Shown: positions 24,017 to 37,186 of the stretch, one piece after another | Numbering within the stretch: the first letter of the stretch is position 1 | Layout of the letters: each line of letters begins with the position of its first letter | Source of the DNA: Octopus sinensis | Taxonomy: Eukaryota | Assembly (NCBI RefSeq): GCF_006345805.1 | Contig: NC_043011.1 | Span: 682,001 to 746,000 of the forward strand | Direction of reading: 5' to 3' | Length of the DNA: 64,000 bases | The notes under the pieces: generated by a model | What the model saw: the letters and a program-made list of their open reading frames with translations, nothing else | The model's database searches: none | Told to the model about the DNA's origin: nothing | Made by a program: the position numbers and the translations under genes

Positions 24017-26326
24017 GACTTTAGGATCAGGACTAAGAGGGCGACTAGAAGACGACCAACATGGAGAAGAAGGGTCTGGAAGCTTAAAGCCCCTGCGAAT
24101 GGACAGAGATTTAGAGATATGTTACTTGAAGCCTTTGACGAAGTGGAAGGGGGTATAGCTACACATGGGGTAGAAGACAACTGGACGTTTCTGAGGGACA
24201 ACCTGCTGAAAGCCGCTGACCAGATCTGTGGCTGGTGCAAAGTCCCCTTAAGACCCAAAATAACGTGGTGGTGGAACAATATTGTTGACAGGGCTATTAG
24301 ACAAAAGAAACAGGCTTGGAAGGCCTGGAAGAACGGTGGTAGCAGGGAAGGGTATCAGACTGCCAGAAGGGAAGCTAGGAGACAGGTCTATCTAGCCAGA
24401 GGGGAAGCAGATAAGAGAAAATTTGCCAATGTCCTGCGCCGTGAGGATGAAAGACTTGAGGTATTTCGTGTTGCAAGACAGTGTGTGAGAGAGAATCGTG
24501 ATGTGGTAGGAGAGAAATGTGTTCGCATGGAGGATGGTTCACTTGCGCTAAATGAGGATGCAAAGAGAGAAGCTTGGAGACGCCACTATGAAAGGTTACT
24601 GAATGAGGAAAATGAATGGGATAAAGAGAGTCTGCCGAATGTTGACCCTACAGAGGGACCAGCTATCCGAGTTGATAGTTCCGTGGTAGCTAAGGCAATT
24701 AGAAGCATGAAGACAGGGAAAGCCCCAGGCCCATCAGGAATTACTGCAGAGATGCTCAAAATATCTGGCAGTGTCGGCTATAACCTAGTCACCCGTATAG
24801 TCAACCAGGTGATACACGAAGGAGTCATACCCAATGACTGGTGCAGCAGCATACTAGTCAACTGCTACAAAGGTAAAGGTGATGCCCTAGATACAAATAA
24901 TTACAGAGGTATCAAGCTGTTGGATCAAGTAATGAAGGTTACGGAGAGGGTCATAGCCGAACTAATCAGAGAGAGAGTTAGTTTAGATGAGATGCAGTTT
25001 GGGTTCGTGCCAGGAAAAAGTACCACTGATGCTATATTCCTGGTAAGGCAGCTGCAGGAGAAATACCTAGCCAAAGATAAGCCCCTGTACCTGGCTTTCG
25101 TTGACATGGAGAAAGCTTTTGATAGGGTCCCCCGATCCCTTATCTGGTGGTCAATGAGGAAACTAGGGATAGATGAATGGCTGGTGAGGACTGTGCAAGC
25201 CATGTACAGAGATGCCGTAAGTAAGGTTAGGGTTGGCAACATGTACACAAAAGAATTCAAAGTAGAGGTTGGGGTCCACCAGGGTTCAGTACTCAGCCCC
25301 CTCCTATTTATCATAGTACTCCAGGCAATTACGGAGGAATTCAAGACAGGCTGTCCCTGGGAGCTCCTCTACGCTGACGACCTTGCTCTTATTGCTGAGT
25401 CACTATCAGAACTGGAGGAGAAGTTCCAGGTGTGGAAGGAGGGTTTAGAATCAAGGGGCCTTAGAGTCAACCTAGCTAAAACCAAAGTACTAATAAGTAG
25501 AAAGGTAGACAATCCACAAATATCTTCAGGAAGATGGCCCTGCTCGATCTGTAGAAAAGGTGTAGGTAGAAACTCTATAAGATGTACCCAGTGTAAGCTA
25601 TGGACACATAAGAGGTGCAGCAATGTCAAAGGTAGGCTAACTGGGAAGATAGTTTTTGTATGTGGCAGATGCTCGGGAGCATTAACCTCCGAAAATCTGC
25701 AGAAAACAACTTCCGTCACTTTCCAGGGGGAAAAACTAGAAGTAGTTGATAGCTTCCGTTATCTAGGTGACCAAGTCAGTAGTGGGGGTGGGTGCGCTGA
25801 AAGTGTAACTGCTAGAATAAGAATAGCCTGGGCAAAGTTTAGGGAGCTCTTACCTCTGCTGGTGACTAAAGGCCTCTCGCTCAGAGTAAAAGGCAGACTG
25901 TATGATGCGTGTGTACGAACAGCCATGCTACATGGCAGCGAAACATGGGCTGTGACTGCTGAGGACATGCGTAAGCTCGTGAGGAATGAAGCCAGTATGC
26001 TCCGATGGATGTGTAATGTCAGTGTACATACTCGACAGAGCGTTAGCACCTTGAGAGAAATGTTGTACCTAAGAAGCATCAGTTGTGGTGTGCAAGAGAG
26101 ACGATTGCGCTGGTATGGTCATGTGGCGAGAATGGATGAAGATAGGTGTGTGAGAAAGTGCCAATCCCTAGCAGTTGAGGGAACCCGTGGAAGAGGTAGA
26201 CCCAGGAAAACCTGGGACGAGGTGGTGAAGCACGACCTTCGAACTTTAGGCCTCACTGAGGAAATGACCAGAGACCGAGACCTTTGGAAATATTCTGTAC
26301 GTGAGAAGACCAGGCAGGACAAGTGA
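24017..26326 (+). CDS. RTE reverse transcriptase (APE truncated) with embedded PHD-type zinc finger
   Basis: Frame is open from 24017 (first ATG at 24119). Motifs FVDMEKAFDRVP, GVHQGSVLSPLLF, YADD, MLHGSETW, RRLRWYGHV, RGRGRPRKTW; C4HC3 at 25541-25672. Confidence 0.9.
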   Translation, partial: DFRIRTKRATRRRPTWRRRVWKLKAPANGQRFRDMLLEAFDEVEGGIATHGVEDNWTFLRDNLLKAADQICGWCKVPLRPKITWWWNNIVDRAIRQKKQAWKAWKNGGSREGYQTARREARRQVYLARGEADKRKFANVLRREDERLEVFRVARQCVRENRDVVGEKCVRMEDGSLALNEDAKREAWRRHYERLLNEENEWDKESLPNVDPTEGPAIRVDSSVVAKAIRSMKTGKAPGPSGITAEMLKISGSVGYNLVTRIVNQVIHEGVIPNDWCSSILVNCYKGKGDALDTNNYRGIKLLDQVMKVTERVIAELIRERVSLDEMQFGFVPGKSTTDAIFLVRQLQEKYLAKDKPLYLAFVDMEKAFDRVPRSLIWWSMRKLGIDEWLVRTVQAMYRDAVSKVRVGNMYTKEFKVEVGVHQGSVLSPLLFIIVLQAITEEFKTGCPWELLYADDLALIAESLSELEEKFQVWKEGLESRGLRVNLAKTKVLISRKVDNPQISSGRWPCSICRKGVGRNSIRCTQCKLWTHKRCSNVKGRLTGKIVFVCGRCSGALTSENLQKTTSVTFQGEKLEVVDSFRYLGDQVSSGGGCAESVTARIRIAWAKFRELLPLLVTKGLSLRVKGRLYDACVRTAMLHGSETWAVTAEDMRKLVRNEASMLRWMCNVSVHTRQSVSTLREMLYLRSISCGVQERRLRWYGHVARMDEDRCVRKCQSLAVEGTRGRGRPRKTWDEVVKHDLRTLGLTEEMTRDRDLWKYSVREKTRQDK

Positions 26327-26982
26327 GCCCAGCCCACTTATGAATGCCTTTCCTCCCTTGGACACAAAGACTGGTTGAGGCAAGCGAAGTCGATATAGAA
26401 CCTCATCCGACGACAGACACCCATCCCAACCCCCCATGCTTGCGAAGACATGTTGGGGCAAGCGAAATCGAAACCGAATTGAACCAGCCAGGATCCCTGG
26501 CCTGGTGGTACGTAAAAAGCACTATCCGACTCGGGGCCGTGGCACGTAAAATACTCCAATGCGACCGTACGACAGGCACCCATGCCAACCCCCTTTGCTT
26601 GTGAAGACATGTTGGGGCAAGCGAAATCGAAATCGAATTGAACCAGCCAGGATCCCTGGTCTGGTGGTACGTAAAAAGCACTATCCGACTCGTGGCCGAT
26701 GCCAGCACCGCCTCGACTGGCTTCCGTGCCGGTGGCACATAAAATACACCAATCTGACCGTGGCCGTTGCCAGCCCCACCTGGCACCTGTGCAGGTGGCA
26801 CGTAAAAAGCACCCACTACACTCACGGAGTGGTTGGCGTTAGGAAGGGCATCCAGCTGTAGAAACATTGCCAAATTAGACTGGAGCCTGGTGCAGCCTTC
26901 TGGCTTCCCAGAACCCCGGTCGAACCGTCCAACCCATGCTAGCATGGAGAACGGACGTTAAACGACGATGATGATGATGATG
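24017..26982 (+). mobile_element. RTE-clade LINE, 5'-truncated, with modular 3' UTR and (GAT)n tail
   Basis: Open RT ORF followed by about 650 bp of 3' UTR with tandem modules; inserted in (TA)n. Confidence 0.93.
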
Positions 26983-26992
26983 TATATATATA

Positions 26993-27116
<124 letters not shown>

Positions 27117-27124
27117 CACACACG

Positions 27125-27196
<72 letters not shown>

Positions 27197-28102
27197 CGTA
27201 TCTATGTATGTGTGTATCTCTCTCTCTCTCTATATATATATATATACACACACATATAGATATAATTGCCTTATTGCAGTTAATAATTCTGGCATGGATT
27301 ACTAAGTAGAGCAGGTTATGTGTTCTCTTACCATTTATCAAAATGAACTTGTACTGCACTGCAGCAGCAGCTATGTCAGTAACCATGCTTGCAGCTGAGA
27401 TTTATATTATCTTCTGAAAGAGGACTGTGGGATTTAAAGACAAAATAATCTTCCTTGCCACATTGATATTGTAACATTGGTATTGTAAGGCCTAACTGGC
27501 AGGAAGCCAAATAAACTGTTTTAATGCATGCTTTTCTTGTGTTTTTTTTCCCTTTTAATTTTGTATTTTTGCTCATTTTTCTATTTGCTGTCTTTTCTCT
27601 CTGTTTCATGAATTCTAAGGTGTTATAAATTTCCAGATTCACAGAATTGGTTGGAGAAAGTAGGGCATAGATGTATGCTTGTCTGAATACATTAAATTTA
27701 AAATCCCTTTTACTTATGGTTAGATAATGTTAGTGAACTTGGAAATGTTCATGATGAGGATGAGGATGGCTATGATGGTATGAATGATGAGGATGATGTC
27801 AATAATGGTGATAACAGTAATTTTGATGATAAAACTGAAGATAGTGATGGTCATAAGAATGAATCAACATTGTTGTCATTCTCATCATCACTGTCATCAT
27901 CATTATCATCATGATGCGGTGATATGAAGTGGCATAAGGTCAGTTATATTTCATTTTTTATGTTCTGTACCCATATATGCATGAATATATACATATACAT
28001 ATGTATATATATATACATACGTATATGCACACACACATATATATACGTACATACATATACACACACACACACATACACATATATACATATATATACGTAG
28101 AT

Positions 28103-28183
<81 letters not shown>

Positions 28184-28619
28184 TGAATTACTAAGGAGTT
28201 AGATTGCCAATGGTAAGATCAATGGTGTGTTGTTTATCTTCTTGGTTATAATTCTCCATTATATTCAAAGTAGTAGTCCATGCCACCTAATACAATATAT
28301 GTACTATAGATTCTGTAACTCTCAGAAATATCCATTGAGAGCACTTTAAGATGACAGTTGTATCATACTTGTGAGTTCAAATAGAAAAAACATAAATTTG
28401 ATATAAGGAAGGTAACACAAAAGTAAGGAAGTAGAGAGAAGGAAGAAGAAGAAGAAGAAGAAGAAGAAGAGGCTGCTGATGATGATGATGATTCTGCCAG
28501 TGGAAGAACAAAATCAAGAATACAACTAAAGAAATAGACATATGGCACCTTGGTCAAGTGTCTTTTCTGTTCCATAAGCCTCAAGAGACCTATGCCTTGT
28601 GATTGGATTTGTTGATTAG

Positions 28620-29005
28620 ATGAAGGTTTTCTTAGATCTATCCATAATTTATTAAAGGGTAATAAATGTAAGAGGTTAGTGGTTAGTATCATTGTTAGCT
28701 CGTACTATAAGTTTTGTGAGTACAAATGTGTCAGGTTAGATTTTTCTCAGAATATTCATGAAAGGGAGATTAAAGTTAGTGGGTAGTGTTAAATTCTCAA
28801 CTGTTTTAGAGAAGTTGGGTTAATATAAATTTTGTTAATATAAATTTTCTATCAGTATATGCCTATATGTTTCCATTCGATGAAATAGCAGCTCTGAACA
28901 AGGAAACATTACACAATAGCAGTTACATAGAAAAAGGCTATACCAAAAATAAACAAAAATGTGAAAACAAGAAAAGAAAGATTATCTGGGTTAATCCACT
29001 CTTCA
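28620..29005. pseudogene. Degenerate Penelope-like remnants
   Basis: KKRKIIWVNPLF on + near 28970-29004 resembles the PLE motif RKIIWFNPP; otherwise very decayed. Confidence 0.35.
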
Positions 29006-29172
29006 AAAGTCTTTATGTATAGAAATTTTATGCGGTTCATTTGGTAAATGAAGCGATGTACATGTAAAGTAGAACTGGTGTTAATTAGGGGAAAATGTCA
29101 TTGCATAAGAAAGGGGCGGAAAAAGAGAGGAAAAAAGTGTACATTTACAGGATGACTTGTGTATATCATAAT

Positions 29173-29585
29173 CTTTTATTCTTTTACTTGTTTCATTCAT
29201 TTTGACTGTGGCCATGCTGGAGTACCACCTCTAGTCGAACAAATTGACTCCAGGACTTATTCTTTGTAAGCCTTGTACTTATTCTATTGGTCTCTTTTGC
29301 CAAACTGCTAAGTTATATGGACATAAACACACCAGTATCTGTTATCAAGTGATGGTGGGGGACAAACACAGACACACAAATACACACACATAATCTCACA
29401 CACACACACACACACATAAACGATGGGCTTCTTTCAGTTTCCGTCTACCAAATCCACTCACCAGGCTTTGGTCTGTCTGAGGCTATAGTAGAAGACATTT
29501 GCCCATGGTGTCATGCAGTGGGACTGAACTATGAACCATGTAGTTAGGAAGCAAGCTTCTCACCACACAGTCACTCCTGTGCCTA
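29173..29585 (-). mobile_element. tRNA-derived CORE-type SINE (diverged)
   Basis: Full-length family match. Confidence 0.85.
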
Positions 29586-30589
29586 TATATACTTTTTAAA
29601 GGAATATTAGTTATGTTTCTGATATCTGAGGTTTCCTTCTTACAGAGCTTAACACAGTTTCAATCAGAATTCATTTAATGGTACTCAGCCACTAAATTTT
29701 TACCGCTGCCATCATTTCTGCATTTCTGTTCTTCTTCCCTATATTCTACGTACAAGGAATTTCCAATTGTTTGGATCATTCTGAACAGTACAAATCTAAA
29801 TATCACTTATTAACCTTAATTTACTATCCTCTTTTAAAAAATAATTTGCCTCATTTTTCTTTCAGCTTCAGCCATTCTGCCACCTAAATAACCAACCAAA
29901 AGTGGCATATTCTTCATTAATGCTTACAATATATACAATATATTTTTTGTGCCTTTCACATATCTCAAATAGGGTGATTTTTCAACTTCTCATTCTATTT
30001 TGTTTTCATTTACCTCTTTTTTTTTTCCTTCAAGAATCTATTTTTTCCCCCTCACTGAATTAAGCCACATCAATCATCCAAGTACCTTTCTGAAATATTT
30101 TCTTAGCATAAAACTTGTTCCCTGACAGTAATGATTGTTACACATTCAATATGCAAAACTTTTTCTCGATTTCCTCTCTTTTCAGTGGTCTGTCTTTCCA
30201 ATCTACTTTCTTACTATATTAAGGTTTTATTTCTGACTGTCATTTATTTCATTTTTGCTTCTAATTTTATCCAAAGTACTGCCTAGATCATCAAGACACA
30301 TATTTTATATTCAGAGAGCAAATGGATTGATTCTCTGTCCTCATTGCATTATGCATGCAAATCTGATTTCTCTTCCAACAGCCTTCAAATATCTCTTTGC
30401 CATCCATTATTTTCTTTTCATTTGTTTTTACATGCTAATAATAGAACATTTTTTTCCTGAAATGACCACAGCATGAATTCCAGGATTCCATATTTCTGTG
30501 TTCAAATTTTTCATTTCTTTTCTTTTTCTGGTAAATATATTCCATGAGATTTGTAGATATTATTTTTGTAATATGTATTTCTTAGAATT

Positions 30590-30800
30590 AAGGTAGTGAG
30601 CAAGCAGAATCATCAGCAATGCCAGGCAAGATGCTTAGCAGCATCGGGAGTTCAAGTTCCATGAAAGTTGATTTTGCCTTTCATCCTTTCACAGTCAATA
30701 AAATAAGTACCAGTGGAACACTGGGGTAGATGCACTCAACCCTCACCCCTCCCCACCTCTGAAATTGCTGGCCTTTTTCCCAAAATTTGAAACCAATATT
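30590..30800 (+). mobile_element. Nin/Deu-type SINE
   Basis: AAGGTAGTGAGC head, GAGTTCAAGTTCC B-box, TTTGCCTTTCATCCTTTC...AATAAGTACCAG. Confidence 0.7.
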
Positions 30801-30942
30801 TACTTCTTAGAATGGGATAAATTAAAAAATTTATAGGAAGAGCAATGATCATGTGAATCAATACACGTATATGACAATGATACTTGTTTTATCAATCATG
30901 GAAAGAAAGAGACAGAGAGAACCTCTAAATAGTGATTCAATC

Positions 30943-31353
30943 TACTCTTTTACTCTTTTACTTTTTTCAGTCATTTGACTGCGGCCATGCTGGAGCACCG
31001 CCTTTACTCGAGCAACTCGACCCCGGGACTTATTCTTTTGTAAGCCCAGTACTTATTCTATTGGTCTCTTTTGCCGAACCGCTAAGTAACAGAGACATAA
31101 ACACATCAGCATTGGTTGTCAAGCAATGCTAGGGGGACAAACACAGACACACAAACACACACACACACTTATATATATATACATATATACGACAGGCTTC
31201 TTTCAGTTTCCATCTACCAAATCCACTCGCATGGCTTTGGTCGGCCCGAGACTATAGTAGAAGATACTTGCTCAAGGTGCCACACAGTGGGACTGAACCC
31301 GGAGCCATGTGGCTGGTAAACAAGCTACTTACCACACAGGCACTCCTGCGCCT
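30943..31353 (-). mobile_element. tRNA-derived CORE-type SINE
   Basis: Full-length family match. Confidence 0.9.
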
Positions 31354-32559
31354 ACTAGAAATAGCAGTAAAATTTTATTCAAATCATATCTTAAAAAGAT
31401 AGACATGCTGGATAATGTCATTTGGACTCTTATACTTTAAAGTAAGACATGTTCGTCGTGGTTGGAATATATTTGATTATAGGTCTTCACAATCAGGATT
31501 GATCTGGATATAGACAGGAACCTCAATGACCAGAGTTGAACTCACATCATACATGACACAAATAAAAATATAGAAAAGTGGTGAATTTATGCAGTTGTTG
31601 GAATGCCACATAGAATGCTTTGTACTATTTGTTCCAGTTACCTGTGCACTCAGAGTTTAAATCACTTTGAGGTCAACTGTATATTTCATTCTTTGGGGGC
31701 TCATAAAGTACAAGTTCAGGACAGTGGGCTGTTAATATTGTTTGGGCATAGGACAAAAAGCTTTGTGACACCTATTCTGGTTTTTGCATTCTCACTTCAA
31801 ATTCCATCTCATCACCAGCCTCCTTGTGGAAGAAGCAGTTTCTTTTGCAACCAGCCAATATTAATTGGCCATAGTTTATCAATTGGAACAACATATTGGA
31901 TGCATCGACAAAATGAGTGGAGTTTGTACAAAGTAGTATAAATTCTAGGAGTGTAAAAAGTCTGTCTTTGACATTTAACCTGCTATTCACAGTATTATCA
32001 ATATTTATATTAAAGAAATGTATTGTTGTTTAAGTACCATTCCAATCTTAATAAATGGTAACTTTTATTACTAAATATTTTATAAAGATAACCATAGATA
32101 CACACATGCACACACACACATGCATGCATACACATACACACACATACATACATACATACATACATACATACATACATACATACATACATGCATACATACA
32201 TGTGCACGGCTTGCCAGGTGGCTTCATTTATGCATGTTATCTGCGTTGCAGGTGGCCATTCAGATGGATTGAGCCATTAGCACATCTTTCAAGTATCAGC
32301 ATCTTACGAATATCAGATCTAGTTGGTGTCAGATTTTGAGGTAGAGATATTTAGAATCCCATTATTTCCTGACATCCTAAGAGAACCGAACCCATCTAGG
32401 TTAAGACTTGTAAGTATCCTTTCGCTGTTTTTGAAATGCTTCCTGGGGAGGGATTCAACCTGAAACTTTTTGATCTTATTTCCATGAACTGTGGCATGTA
32501 CATTTCATCACACATGCCATGGAATTTTTCTAACTGACATTAACTACCTTTTCACCATA

Positions 32560-32905
32560 TTCTCCAGTATAGTTACAGGCTTTGTTCTCTTCAGCGATAA
32601 GAGCTGTTCTTCACTCCTGCTCCAGAGCATGGGCTGCGGGGTCACTCTGAAAAGCTCTATCTACAACGATTTCATCTCAATCAAAGGAGAGGGGCTTTCT
32701 CTGTTTGGGCTGCAGATCCGTGGAATAAGCTGCTGGACGAGATAATGAAGATGCCGACGACCGCTCGGTTCAAAATCTCTCATGACCAGAAATGGCCTGA
32801 ACTCTTTGTATGACCACCCTCCCTGTACATAACTCCCTGTCCCCCTAGATGGCCTTGCTTTTGCTTTTTGAGCCAATAAACATTAAATTAAAAAATTAAA
32901 AAACA
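32560..32905 (+). mobile_element. CR1/L2-group LINE 3' fragment
   Basis: LRGHSEKLYLQRFHLNQRRGAFSVWAADPWNKLLDEIMKMPTTARFK matches the RGH-KL...FS-R...WN-L...FK C-terminal pattern; followed by AATAAA and an A-rich tail. Confidence 0.7.
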
Positions 32906-33441
32906 TAATCGGTTTTGATTCACCAGTGAAACTTCTAATTTAGTGTCACAAAAATGTGACCAGCCTAGTGGTTAAGTTGTTGCATGCGCAATCATGAGAT
33001 TGTGGTTTCAATTCCCCGACTGGGTATAGTGTTGTCTTTGAGTGAAGTAAGTTTTACTGATATACAGACCACAAAGTGTGCAAAATTCAAGCAGTTATCA
33101 CCTGTTGTAATTTATTCTGCCAAACTCATATTACCTCAAGCAGCTTGGCTAGAACTCTGATATTTAAGTTGCTGTGCAGCTGAATCTGTTATTGCCTTGG
33201 AGTTTCTGAATTATCTTTCATAGTTGGTCATAAAATTCACACTTTATATTTTGTGTTGAGTGGAGGGTCAGCATAGAGACAATGGCAATGTCCACAGGCC
33301 TATCAAATCTATAGCTCTGAAGCGAGAAAATCAGCTCAGTCCCTCTCTCACTGGGTCACACACTTTTCAATACTAAGTTTCCAAAAACAATGCTGGCACC
33401 ATACTTTCAAGTCATGTCTTAGCTCTGAAACAGTATATGTT

Positions 33442-33796
33442 AGGCGCAGGAGTGGCTGTGTGGTAAGTAGCTTGCTAACCAACCACAAGGTTCTGGGTTC
33501 GGTCCCACTGCATGGCATCTTGGGCAAGTGTCTTCTGCTATAGCCCCGGGCTGACCAATGCCTTGTGAGTGGATTTGGTAGACGGAAACTGAAAGAAGCC
33601 TGTCGTATATATGTATATATATATATATATATATGTGTGTGTATGTGTTTGTGTGTGTTTGTCTCCCTAGCATTGCTTGACAACCGATGCTGGTGTGTTT
33701 ACGTCCCCGTCACTTATGTATACCACATTATTTGCTCGACTAAAGGCGGTGCTCCAGCATGGCTGCAGTCAAATGACTGAAACAAGTAAAAGAGTT
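33442..33796 (+). mobile_element. tRNA-derived CORE-type SINE (internal deletion)
   Basis: Family match; the segment after GTCACTTA is replaced. Confidence 0.88.
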
Positions 33797-34136
33797 AGGA
33801 TAATTGTTGGAGTCAGCAGTTACTAATTGTAGCAGGTGTTGATGTTGCAGACGTGCAAGATGAAAGACGATTAGTAATCAAGGTTGTAAACAAACATTTA
33901 TTTACCATTATATATTGTTATTGCCAAACCAAAATGAGCTGGTATGTATAATATAAATCATAAAGCATGTGAGGTAAAGAAAGATATCGTAGATTTTCCT
34001 TGTATAGCTTGTGTTTGTGTTCTCATCATTGTGTAGTAGTAAACTACAGATAGAGAGAGGGTAGTGTTGTAGACAAGAGGAATGAGCGAAGAGTGTTAGA
34101 GAATGAAGGGGCAAGATGTATGTATCATAGTGGTTG

Positions 34137-34538
34137 ACTCTCTTTACTCTTTTACTTGTTTCAGTCATTTGACTGCGGCCATGCTGGAGCACCGCCTTTA
34201 ATCGAGCAACTCGTCCCCCGGGACTTATTATTTTGTAAGCCCAGTACTTATTCTATCGGTCTCTTTTGCCGAACCGCTAAGTAACAGAGACATAAACACA
34301 CCAGCATTGGTTGTCAAGCAATGCTAGGGGGACAAACACAGACACACAAACACACACACACTTATATATATATACATATATACGACGGGCTTCTTTCAGT
34401 TTCCATTTACCAAATCCACTCACAAGGCTTTGGTCGGCCCGAGGCTATAGTAGAAGACACTTGCCCAAGGTGCCACACAGTGGGACTGAACCCGGAACCA
34501 TGTGGTTGGTAAACTAACTCCTTACCACACAGCCACTC
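34137..34538 (-). mobile_element. tRNA-derived CORE-type SINE
   Basis: Family match. Confidence 0.9.
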
Positions 34539-36023
34539 TTTCTCCCTGTGGCAATTAGTCTTTAGTGGCTGTCTGCCTGTGGCTGTCTCTGGTGGTCTCC
34601 GTTCACCAACTGATTTTGGCTTACAGAGTTCTAATATTTATAGCTATACAAAACTAGTTAGAAAAATAGGTATATTGCAGAGAACAAAAACTATTCTTTG
34701 AGGGTCCACTGTTATCACAATTCAACTTTCCACTGCATACAAGAGGTTAGAAGGGTCAAGTGGCAAAGACAGAAATTGGCTTAGCAAAACCATATGTTAA
34801 ATGTAACTGCTGTCAGTATTGTTTTTGCGTGAGAATATGGGAAATTTGCAGATTCAAGTTCAAATCTATTCTATGACTAAATGAAGTCACTACAGCCAGA
34901 AAAAGTTTATAATCTTTCTCATCTTTAGTTTCTAATTCTGCAAGATGTGTCTCTTGTAGTATAATGATCTAAAAATAAAGTTTGAGCAGCTTTTCTGCTA
35001 TCTTTTGTGTGTCACTAATCTTCAGGAGATTATCTGACAGGCTAGCAGTCATGGATTATACATTCCAACATCCTAACCCGAGTTGTGTTTCCTTTAGTCT
35101 TCTTGTGCTTAATGCAATATTTAACATCTACAATTCAGGGTATTTGTAACCTTAGCTCCACACACCCAATGATATAAGGGGACTCTGGTGTGACAGTATC
35201 TAATTGGCTGGGATCTTCTCAGTTTGAAGCTGGTGAGAACTGTCCAGTGAGACACAATGGTCTCTTCACTATGAAAGACTACCTCTGGCACCTAGCAAAT
35301 ATAGTGCAGGCTTATAATAAGTAGACTGTTACTTTCTATGTTGTATAATTTCAGTGAGATGATATACTGTCCTCTGTTCATGCCACTGATGTTGTCTAAG
35401 GAAAAGGTAAAGGGTGAAAACTGCTTGGCACCATAGGAGTAGAAGTTATCAGAACAATGTTGAGAACAATGCTGAATTACCTTAGAGATTTCAGGTACTG
35501 ATTTTACCTCATGGTCTATTCCTAAAGCCTCTTCCATGGACAGGTGTGAGTGCATGATTACAAAGCAAGTTAGATATTTAGTAGGTGTTTAGAAGAATGG
35601 GGCGGTTTAAAGTAAATTTAAGTCATCCATATCTTAAAGTAAAATAAAATAGAATTACGCTAAGTTAACAGTTACTCAAAATTCATTCTCACTGCAAAAA
35701 TACATTTATATGCATACAGACATCTTGATAGTCTTTCAGAAATTCTATTAAGTATATATATGTGTGTGTGTGCGTGCGTGTGTGTGTGATCGTGTGTGTG
35801 AGTGTGTGTGTGCATGTGTGTGTATGTATATATATATATATATATAGAAAATAAACAAACAAGGTGTGTGTTACGCTACGTGGCTGTATCAAGGGTTGAA
35901 CAGAGAGAACCCAAGGAGAAAAAGTTAGATGAAAGCAGAGCAAACAGTAAACCAGATGAAAACTTAATGGATGGGAAATATAGACAAAGACATAATACAT
36001 GGAATATTCACAACTGAATTTTT

Positions 36024-36613
36024 TGAAGACCTGTTGGGGCAAGTGAAATCAGAATCAAAATTGAACCAATCCTATGACTGGCACCCGGCAGTTGCCAGTG
36101 CCGCTGGACTGATTCCTGTGCAGGTGGCAAGTAAGGAAACACCGTTTCGACCCTGTGCTTGAGGTGATCTATTGAGTCATGTACACCAACATCAAAAATC
36201 AATGGAAATTGTAGTTGTGATCCCTGTGTCGGTGGCACGTAAAAAGCACCATCCGAACGTGGCCGATGCCAGTGCCACCTTGACTGGCTTCTGTGCTGGT
36301 GGCACGTAAAAAACACTATCCAAACGTGGCTGATGCCAGCGCCACCTTGACTGGCTTCCATGCTGGTGGCACGTAAAAAGCAGCAATCCGATTGTGGCTG
36401 TTGCCAGCCTGTGGCTGTTGCCAGCCTGTGCCGGTGGCACGTAAAAAGCACCCACTATACTCACAGTGGTTGGCGTTAGGAAGGGCATCCAGCTGTAGAA
36501 ACACTGCCAGATCAGACTGGAGCCTGGTGCAACCTTCTGGCTTCCCAGATCCCCGGTTGAACCATCCAACCCATGCTAGCATGGAGAACGGATGTTAAAC
36601 GATGATGATGATG
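36024..36613 (+). mobile_element. RTE-type 3' end copy with tandem modules
   Basis: Homologous to about 26600-26982 with four GTGGCACGTAAAAA modules and a (GAT)n tail. Confidence 0.85.
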
Positions 36614-36615
36614 GA

Positions 36616-36939
36616 TTTTCCTCATCAGTCGATGACCCCCAAAACATCATAGTGGTTTTGCACCATTACCATTGAGACCACTCAATCTTGGAAGTGTCCA
36701 GTGCTACTGGGAAAAAGCTAGTGGATGTATACTAAGACAAACAAACACGACATTATATATGTATAATTCTTTGTCTGCTGTATTTATTTGATGTCTTGTC
36801 TGTTTCTGTCTTAGTATGCATCCGCTAGCTTCTTCCCAGTAGCTTAATAACAGGACCGGGCACCTCCAAGATTGAGTGGTCTCAAAGGTAATCATACAAA
36901 ACCACTATGATATTTTGGGTCATTGACTGATAAAGAAAA
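36616..36939. repeat. About 320-bp imperfect palindrome (arms about 135 bp)
   Basis: TTTTCCTCATCAGTCGATGACCC...CTAAGACA pairs with TGTCTTAG...GGGTCATTGACTGATAAAGAAAA; one roughly 12-nt insertion in the right arm. Confidence 0.85.
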
Positions 36940-37060
36940 CTCAGCTGTGAATATTTCACATATCGTGTCTGTTCAGTTTTCATTTATTTGCCCATTTGCC
37001 CTGCTTTTGTCTCCTTGTATTCTTTCTGTTTAACCCTATTTTTATAATTGTACTTTATAA

Positions 37061-37186
37061 TCTCTGATGAGGCCTTGAGATATATATATATAAGTACCTC
37101 ATTTTTAACTGCATATTACCTTAATACATTTGACTAATATAGGCAGAATGAGATAGTTTTATCTATAGGCTGAAACAGCTGTAAGG
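37061..37186 (+). ncRNA. Minimal type I hammerhead ribozyme-like motif with long loop 2
   Basis: TCT-CTGATGA-GGCCT...AGGCT-GAAA-CAGCTG-TA-AGG. Palindromic helix III, GUA triplet, weak helix I. Confidence 0.65.

Noticed and set aside
33442-33512. tRNA genes at SINE heads
   Set aside because: A- and B-box-like motifs are present but no complete cloverleaf, and they are always fused to the SINE body.
34990-35560. Possible LTR-retrotransposon integrase remnant on the minus strand
   Set aside because: Only a weak SDN-like motif; too degenerate to call by eye.
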